Part shown: positions 7,792 to 14,133 of the stretch, one piece after another | How the letters are laid out: the number at the start of each line of letters is the position of its first letter | Position numbering within the stretch: position 1 is the first letter of the stretch | Virus record (IMG/VR): IMGVR_UViG_3300022538_000472 | Coordinates: 1-35,138 of that record | Origin: a virus | Strand: one strand, 5' to 3' | DNA: 35,138 nucleotides | Made by a program: the position numbers and the translations under genes | Notes under the pieces: model-generated | Database searches by the model: none | Seen by the model: only the letters and a program-made list of their open reading frames with translations | What the model was told of the DNA's origin: nothing

Positions 7792-8528
7792 GTAGAAAAC
7801 TAACAAAAAGCAACTTCTATCTACCCGAACCACGGGCACCTGGTCGTGACGTTCGCGCCTGGATTCTAGTCTCCACCTCCTTTGTCATCGCGCTAGGCTT
7901 CTGTCTCTTTGCAGTACTCTCATATTCCTTTGAGGAAATGCAGAACATGCCAAGCCGCTTCCGCACTGACCTGGTTATCTACGGCGCATGGGCATTAGCA
8001 GTAGGCTGCGAATTCTCCACCCCTGTCGCCTGTTTTGAAATCTACCGTAAATTGGGAACCGAAGATCACTCACCGTGGGACTATGTCGCACTTAGCGCAA
8101 GTATCTTTTCAACACTAATGGTCTTATTCATTGCCACCTCCAATCTGTTAAATGTAGACGCAGAATGGCCTGAAATAGTCCGAACTTATGGACCAATTCT
8201 GCTAATCCTTGCCGCTGGAGCCGATGGGTACGCAACTTTTATCGAAACGGGTTTGTATTTGCGTCGATTTGACCGACGGTACAAGGAGTGGCAAGCAAAG
8301 TATAGAGAAGCAGCCACCTCTGCTGATTTGCTGGCGGCAGGTATCCCTGTACTGACACCAGTCCGTCCGTCCGCCAGCGATGAGGACACTCAAGAATTCT
8401 ACATCACGCGACCCCTCACCGACCTCGAACGGTTGCTTGCAGAAGGCAAGACACCAGAGCAGATCGCAGTGGCACTTGGGAAGCCACTACCAATAGTGCA
8501 TCAACTGATAACAGGAGAAGAGGAATGA
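7788..8528 (+). CDS. Multi-pass membrane protein with C-terminal HTH
   Basis: About four hydrophobic segments; C-terminal LLAEGKTPEQIAVALGKPLP; GGAGG SD before ATG 7788, which overlaps the upstream stop. Confidence 0.7.
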   Translation: MSRKLTKSNFYLPEPRAPGRDVRAWILVSTSFVIALGFCLFAVLSYSFEEMQNMPSRFRTDLVIYGAWALAVGCEFSTPVACFEIYRKLGTEDHSPWDYVALSASIFSTLMVLFIATSNLLNVDAEWPEIVRTYGPILLILAAGADGYATFIETGLYLRRFDRRYKEWQAKYREAATSADLLAAGIPVLTPVRPSASDEDTQEFYITRPLTDLERLLAEGKTPEQIAVALGKPLPIVHQLITGEEE

Positions 8529-8836
8529 ACCACATCAAAAGAGTGCAGGATTTAGGGACGCTAATCCTCGGCGCAGTGTTTGCGCCAGACTACGTGCGCT
8601 GCCAGGGGATAGCAGAATCCATAGCAGGTGAATATAAGTTCGCATGTGAAACACCGATGAAGTTGCGACGGTTCGCCATCGGCCTGCGGCGGTTGGCAGA
8701 TGCAGTGGATGAGCAGGCGGTACTGGTAGCAGAGGCACTGGCGGAGATTGAATGCGCTGAGCCAACGCCAGAGGAAGTGTTAGACCACAACAGGGTGCTC
8801 CTGCGCGGTGATGATGTGGACATAGAAGGATTTTAA
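8525..8836 (+). CDS. Hypothetical protein
   Basis: ATGA overlap with the upstream gene; purine-rich SD. Confidence 0.65.
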   Translation: MNHIKRVQDLGTLILGAVFAPDYVRCQGIAESIAGEYKFACETPMKLRRFAIGLRRLADAVDEQAVLVAEALAEIECAEPTPEEVLDHNRVLLRGDDVDIEGF

Positions 8837-8868
8837 GTCTCAGATAGTAATTTGACGGAGGAAGAAAA

Positions 8869-9069
8869 ATGGAAATGCTCGCCAAAGTGTTTGTGACAAC
8901 AGTTCTCGTAGTGTTGGGATATGTTCTGATCATGACTGTCGGATTGGCATTGATAGCAATGCTCATCAAAGTATTCGGCTGAGAACATACACATGAGATA
9001 TTGATGATAGTCATCGTCGCATTCGTGGCACTTTTTGCAGGTGGCGTTATCTGTGGCATTGTACACTAG
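8869..9069 (+). pseudogene. Small two-TM membrane protein interrupted by an in-frame TGA (8980-8982)
   Basis: GGAGG SD; MEMLAKVF...IKVFG*EHTHEILMIVIVAFVALFAGGVICGIVH* reads in one frame. Confidence 0.45.
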
Positions 9070-9083
9070 ATAAGGAGGCAGAG

Positions 9084-9194
9084 ATGTTTGAATCACTGAT
9101 TCTAGCAGTGGCAATCCTGGTAGGCATAGCAGTGCTGGCGCGGATCTGGGTGCTGGTAGGACGCGATGACAACGAGTTGTTCGGGTCAGAATGA
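9084..9194 (+). CDS. Small single-TM protein (36 aa)
   Basis: Perfect TAAGGAGG SD; MFESLILAVAILVGIAVLARIWVLVGRDDNELFGSE. Confidence 0.65.
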   Translation: MFESLILAVAILVGIAVLARIWVLVGRDDNELFGSE

Positions 9195-9221
9195 TGGGCA
9201 TTGCCAATTAAGGAGACAGAG

Positions 9222-9464
9222 ATGAGAGATATGGTAGAAAGACGCTACAAGGCAGATTGGACAAATACTGCCAATCGTAGACGGTACCGACAGGGCAGGC
9301 AGCGTATGCTGAGGAGGGGCTACCAGGCCATAAGTGCGGTGACTCATAGGCAACCACAGGACAGCTATCTGCGAACCATCCTTCGAATCATAACGTTTGG
9401 CCTCTTCACGCTGCTATGGCCGCCGAAGCCGGTGCTGGTGGTCACGTATAGGATGAGGGCTTGA
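9222..9464 (+). CDS. Basic hypothetical protein with one hydrophobic segment
   Basis: AAGGAG SD before ATG 9222, in frame with ORF 9201..9464. Confidence 0.6.
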   Translation: MRDMVERRYKADWTNTANRRRYRQGRQRMLRRGYQAISAVTHRQPQDSYLRTILRIITFGLFTLLWPPKPVLVVTYRMRA

Positions 9465-9630
9465 CTATTGAGTAAAGGATGGTATAATGGCTTTGAATAC
9501 AAAACGGCCTTGGCAGGGCCAACGGTGGTAACAAAAGGAAGCACTGCTTATCGGTGCTTCTGGTCTAGCCCATGCCATCGGGATTCTGCCAGAAGAAGAC
9601 CAGGAGTACCGATAAGGAGTGCTTTTTTGT
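9461..9630 (+). promoter_or_regulatory. Sigma70 promoter plus structured leader (interleaved helices; possible attenuator) of the primase gene
   Basis: TTGACT(9461)-16nt-TATAAT(9483) with TG. Helix 9510-9530/9573-9592 and long helix 9531-9566/9597-9630 ending in a T-run. Confidence 0.7.
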
Positions 9631-9671
9631 GTCTACATCAAAGCTACAGCGTCTTCAATGAGGCACCAACT

Positions 9672-11906
9672 ATGACAGAATTGCTTGATGCTGCTCTCTC
9701 CTATGCTCGTCGCGGATGGGCAGTGCTACCTGTACATACTCCTACTAAAGATGGTGGCTGTTCCTGTGGTAAGTCTACTTGCGATAGCCAGGGGAAACAT
9801 CCTAGAATAACAGAATGGCAAAAGCAGGCAACTACTGACGAAGCAACAATCCACAAGTGGTGGAAGCAATGGCCCAATGCCAATATCGGTATCAATCCTC
9901 GTAGTTCTAATCTCATTGTCATAGACATTGATCCTCGCAATGGCGGCGACGAAACTTGGCACAAACTCAAACAGCAGCACGGGTTAAACGACAATACCGT
10001 AATCAGTTTGACTGGCGGTGGTGGTATTCATCTATTGTACTCTGCCGATGGAATTGACCCAACGGGACTGAAGGTATCTTTGGGGCCAGGGGTTGACGTA
10101 CAACGGGGAGATAAACTCATTGTTGCTCCTCCCTCATTGCACAAAAGCAAGCATCGGTATGAGTGGGAGGTCTTAGGCCACCCCGATGATATGGAACCTC
10201 TTCGACTACATCCATCTCTCCTGAACCTACTCCTAAAGCCCAAGGGGCAGAAGCAAACAACAAAGCCTGTTGGAAGAGAAATACCAGAGGGAGATCGTGA
10301 TAATGAACTTGCTAGGCTTGCAGGGGGCATGCGCCGGAATGGGATGACTGAATCTGAACTACTGGTGGCATTATCGGAAGTCAACAAAAGATGCATCCCA
10401 CCTCTACCAGACAGTGATGTGAGACGAATTGCCCACAGCATAGCACGATATGACCCCGCTGAAAGCGCTGCGAGCGCCGATTCCAACTGTCCAGTACTAC
10501 CAGAATGTGCACATCTCACTCTGGCACAAGAGGCAGAGAGCCAAGAGGTTGGACACTGGCTCGACGAATATGTACAGTTTGCATCAGAAGCAAGTCCGAT
10601 GACTCCAGTATCTTTTCACATGGCGGCTGGGGTGTACGCTGGTGCATTGGCAATTGCCCGTCGCTTACATTTGTGCGTAAGTACTCGTATGAATACTATC
10701 TATCCTAATTTGTATTTGCTGTTTGTAGGACATTCAACCCGTCCCCGGAAGACAACCGCCCTGCGTGTACTACGTGGCGTTTTGCGCGAGGCTGACATGC
10801 GGCGATTCTTATTGGCCGACAGACAGACACCAGAGGCATTATCCTTGGACTTAACCACTGGAATACCTAGAACCCTCGACGAATGGACTCCAGAAATACA
10901 GTCCGAGTGGCTAGAGGAACGAGGCATCGCAGGTCAACGAGGATGGCTCCTAGAGGAAGCATCACACTTACTGGACAGTTTCAATCGAGACTACAGCAAG
11001 GGACTACTTCCACTTGTGCTTGACCTTTACGACTCCAGCGACATTGGCCCAACAGGTAACACTATCTCACGGGGACGTGAGGGGATAATGAAGCCTTACC
11101 TGACTGTCTTTGGGTGCACAACTTATGGCGCATTAGCAGAACATGCAGAGAAAACAGTGCACTGGCACAATGGTTTGTGGGCACGCTTCGCATTGATAGG
11201 AAGTGATGATACAGGGATATGGAAGTTCTGGCCACCCTCAATGAATTATCCTCCTGCTCTAATAAAACGCCTGCGGTTCCTTGCCTATGATCTCCTACCT
11301 ATGCCACAAGCGACAATTGAGACCAGCGAAGTGACAGACAACGATGGAGATTCGCGCACCTTGCGCGAAGTGATAGTTGATCCACCTTTAGTTAGTTCAG
11401 AAGTAGTCATCAGAAGAGCCGCCTGGGAGCAATGGGAGCAGTACTCGAAGGCTGTCGGATTCGATATGCTACCAGAAAAGAGTGGCGAGGTGTCAACTAG
11501 GCTCTATGCAAGTTATGGTCGTTTTGGCACAACACTAATCAAAGTCGCTATGATTCTGGCGGCTCTTGATGCCGACCGACTGCCAGTGACAGTAGAAGCA
11601 GCCCACACATATCGCGCCCAGGCCATTGTCGAGGGATGGCGTGCCAATCTTCACACTGTCCTAAGCAAGATGACCACAGTTAGCGCAGATGGAGTGGCCG
11701 AACATATTGTGGCAGTATTGGCACAAAAGGGGCGTGAGTGGACGATGAGGCGTGACCTGCTGCACGCAATTAGCAAGAGATGGTCAGATACAGAATCCAT
11801 CATAGATGACCTGGAGGCAGGAGGGGAAATAGAACGTAAAGAAAAGAAAGGTAAGCGAGGCCCTTCTACTGAGGAGTATAGATTGTGGGTGGAAGAATCA
11901 AAGTAA
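9672..11906 (+). CDS. Bifunctional DNA primase/polymerase with PriCT-1 and C-terminal DUF3987-like helicase domain
   Basis: ALSYARRGWAVLPVH, GKHP, WW..WP.ANIGI, VIDIDPRNGG, TGGGG.H, IVAPPS.H (Prim-Pol); IPEGDRDNELARLAG.MRR.G (PriCT); PNLYLLFVG.S...KTT. Start reassigned to ATG 9672. Confidence 0.9.
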   Translation: MTELLDAALSYARRGWAVLPVHTPTKDGGCSCGKSTCDSQGKHPRITEWQKQATTDEATIHKWWKQWPNANIGINPRSSNLIVIDIDPRNGGDETWHKLKQQHGLNDNTVISLTGGGGIHLLYSADGIDPTGLKVSLGPGVDVQRGDKLIVAPPSLHKSKHRYEWEVLGHPDDMEPLRLHPSLLNLLLKPKGQKQTTKPVGREIPEGDRDNELARLAGGMRRNGMTESELLVALSEVNKRCIPPLPDSDVRRIAHSIARYDPAESAASADSNCPVLPECAHLTLAQEAESQEVGHWLDEYVQFASEASPMTPVSFHMAAGVYAGALAIARRLHLCVSTRMNTIYPNLYLLFVGHSTRPRKTTALRVLRGVLREADMRRFLLADRQTPEALSLDLTTGIPRTLDEWTPEIQSEWLEERGIAGQRGWLLEEASHLLDSFNRDYSKGLLPLVLDLYDSSDIGPTGNTISRGREGIMKPYLTVFGCTTYGALAEHAEKTVHWHNGLWARFALIGSDDTGIWKFWPPSMNYPPALIKRLRFLAYDLLPMPQATIETSEVTDNDGDSRTLREVIVDPPLVSSEVVIRRAAWEQWEQYSKAVGFDMLPEKSGEVSTRLYASYGRFGTTLIKVAMILAALDADRLPVTVEAAHTYRAQAIVEGWRANLHTVLSKMTTVSADGVAEHIVAVLAQKGREWTMRRDLLHAISKRWSDTESIIDDLEAGGEIERKEKKGKRGPSTEEYRLWVEESK

Positions 11907-11909
11907 CTA

Positions 11910-12075
11910 AAAAACCGAATACTCATTACTTTGTCAAAAACACGTTTCCTATGTACTAATTATAAAAACTGTATACTTAATACTTATATAATAATATATA
12001 TTATATGTACTAGTTTATAACTAGTACGCCAAAACTGCCCCACAGGGATAGTAAAAGAGTATTTAGTTTTACAGG
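11910..12075. other. AT-rich intergenic region with palindromes; candidate replication origin
   Basis: Very AT-rich core (tatatataatatatattatat), palindrome gtactagtt-tat-aactagtac and imperfect flanking inverted repeats, directly after the primase-helicase gene. Confidence 0.5.
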
Positions 12076-12115
12076 TTTCCAAGTGGTAAGAAGATGCAAC
12101 AAGGAACAACTTAAG

Positions 12116-12187
12116 ATGACTTCAATTAAGGCAATCGAGACACACTATGATGGGGCTCTCTATCGCTCACGCACCCAGTGGATATGA
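12116..12187 (+). pseudogene. N-terminal remnant of a conserved phage protein (IKAIET.Y.G..(F/Y)RSR family)
   Basis: Hand translation MTSIKAIETHYDGALYRSRTQWI*; truncated exactly where the HNH cassette operator begins. Confidence 0.6.
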
Positions 12188-12249
12188 CAAATGTCATATC
12201 AAATATATGACATTTGTCACTTACAAAACTGCCCTCTCCATGATAAAAT
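12181..12249 (+). promoter_or_regulatory. Tandem palindromic operators (TGACA-NN-TGTCA x2) plus promoter
   Basis: gatatgaca-aa-tgtcatatc (12181-12200) and tgaca-tt-tgtca (12208-12219); TTACAA(12221)-17nt-TAAAAT(12244) with TG. Confidence 0.65.
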
Positions 12250-12332
12250 GAGGCATCAAGGCCCGGCAAGGCTACGGGCGGGGACTTGTCCCCAATTCGC
12301 GCACCGAGTCGGGCTACCTTAAGGAGAGATAG

Positions 12333-13187
12333 ATGAATGTCATAGCACAGTACAAAAAAGATCACAACTTAACAATCAATGATATAGCCCAAACTATAGG
12401 TATATCATGTGCCACTGTAAAAAGTCATCTTTACGGTCATACAAGACCCAAGCCTAAAAACATTAAACGTTACTGCGAAAGTTTTGGTTTACGGCCTTAC
12501 GATGTATTTTCCATCTGTGACAAATCACACCCCCGTGATTTAATGGGACAACGTTTCAATAGACTGACTGTCATCGATTATCTAGGAAGCCAATACCAAA
12601 ATGGCCGATCTGGTACTTCCATCATGTGGCGCTGTCAATGCGACTGTGGCAATATAGTAGATATTCCCGCATCACATCTCATGACTGGTCACACTCAGAG
12701 TTGTGGATGTCTTGGGTTAAGCAAGTTGCTAGGTGGAGGACACAACAAACTTGATGAAGGACTAGCCGCTGCGCATGTACTTTTGTACAATTATCAGAAG
12801 TCAGCTCGGCAGCGAGGATACTCTTGGAAAATCGAGCCTCGACTATTCCTAGAACTTACGAGCAGCCATTGTCACTATTGCGGATGTGCACCCAGTCAAG
12901 TCCAAACTGCAAATGGAAAACGGAATTACAATGGGAATTATGTCTACAATGGCGTAGATCGAATAGACAACACCAAAGGCTACCAACCCGACAATGTAAG
13001 GCCCTGCTGTAAGCATTGCAATGTCGCCAAAGCCTCAATGACAGAGGATGATTTTTTTGATTGGATAAAGCGAGTATATTGTCACACCGCTGCCCGTCAA
13101 GCGCGTTTCGAGCACGGGCAGGTGGGAGCGCCAGGTGTGTGGAATCGAGTGGCGGAATCAAAGGAGGAATCGAATGACACAACTTGA
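12333..13187 (+). CDS. HNH-type homing endonuclease with N-terminal XRE-like HTH
   Basis: LT..DIAQ.IGIS..TV HTH; DL.GQRFNRLTV...W.CQCDCGN...L..G.T.SCGC; C.YCG...NGVDRIDN.KGY..DNV.PCC..CN..K. TAAGGAG SD. Confidence 0.85.
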   Translation: MNVIAQYKKDHNLTINDIAQTIGISCATVKSHLYGHTRPKPKNIKRYCESFGLRPYDVFSICDKSHPRDLMGQRFNRLTVIDYLGSQYQNGRSGTSIMWRCQCDCGNIVDIPASHLMTGHTQSCGCLGLSKLLGGGHNKLDEGLAAAHVLLYNYQKSARQRGYSWKIEPRLFLELTSSHCHYCGCAPSQVQTANGKRNYNGNYVYNGVDRIDNTKGYQPDNVRPCCKHCNVAKASMTEDDFFDWIKRVYCHTAARQARFEHGQVGAPGVWNRVAESKEESNDTT

Positions 13188-13392
13188 CTTAGAAGCAATT
13201 GAGGCCCGCTGTGAGGCGGCGCGTCGGGAGGTTAACCGTTTGTGTCAGGGGGAAACATCGTGGACGATGAGTATACCGGTTCGAGAAGACGACACGGACA
13301 TCGTGTTGACGAACTCGTTTCGCGACATCCCCGCGCTGGTGATTGAGGTCGAGCAACTCAGGGAGCTCGTGAAGGAGAAGAAGAATGAGTGA
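13174..13392 (+). CDS. Ead/Ea22-like small phage protein
   Basis: AAGGAGG SD; LDLEAIEARCEAA...DIPALVIEVEQLR pattern. Confidence 0.6.
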   Translation: MTQLDLEAIEARCEAARREVNRLCQGETSWTMSIPVREDDTDIVLTNSFRDIPALVIEVEQLRELVKEKKNE

Positions 13393-13657
13393 GATCATAA
13401 TAATAGACTTGGATGAAGTCGAGTCTCTTTGCAGGCCAACCAGGGCTGAGCGGCTATCAACCGTAGTCCAGCGGCTACGAGAGGAACTGAGACAAATAAA
13501 AGCATCACTTGACCACGAGGTAGACAGCCGCGTGAGAGCGGAGCTTGAGGTCGAACAGCTGCAACGCGAACTTCACGACGAGCAAGTTCGGCGCGACGAA
13601 TGGGAGAAGATGTACGACCAGGCTTTGCTAGTCCACGGTGGCGATGAGGAGGCATGA
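13385..13657 (+). CDS. Coiled-coil hypothetical protein
   Basis: AAGGAG SD; heptad-like composition; overlaps neighbours. Confidence 0.6.
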   Translation: MSEIIIIDLDEVESLCRPTRAERLSTVVQRLREELRQIKASLDHEVDSRVRAELEVEQLQRELHDEQVRRDEWEKMYDQALLVHGGDEEA

Positions 13658-14133
13658 CGGTGGACAGAATGAGTAACCTATTCGGCGATATAATCCGCAC
13701 ATACCGTGAACAACACGACCTGACACAACGACAGATAGCCGAGAGATTGCGATTGTCGCGTAATTACGTATCACAGATCGAACGCGGCCTGGCGGATAAT
13801 CTGTCGTTTGAGGTGGCATTGCGTATCTTGGGCCTGCCAGGAAAACCCCACGGCCAGATTTGGGTCACGTTGACGCGCCGCGTGATGGTAGACACCATGA
13901 TTGCTTCTGAGGTCGTGTGGCTGAACTCACAAGGCATTGTCACAGAAGGCTGTTGCGCCGGGCCACCGCCGACGGCGATGATCCTTCCGAGTAGTGTCAC
14001 GGCGGCCAGGCGATTGGGTTATGAACCCAAATATCTTGGACTTGGTTTATATGAGATAACGCTCAAATCTGAGGTGAAAGGAAATAGCGACAGAGGCAGA
14101 CTGGTTAAAGAATTGGCGGCGCTAGATGGGTGA
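13654..14133 (+). CDS. XRE-family HTH transcriptional regulator with extra C-terminal domain
   Basis: IRTYREQHDLTQRQIAERLRLSRNYVSQIERG. Confidence 0.85.
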   Translation: MTVDRMSNLFGDIIRTYREQHDLTQRQIAERLRLSRNYVSQIERGLADNLSFEVALRILGLPGKPHGQIWVTLTRRVMVDTMIASEVVWLNSQGIVTEGCCAGPPPTAMILPSSVTAARRLGYEPKYLGLGLYEITLKSEVKGNSDRGRLVKELAALDG

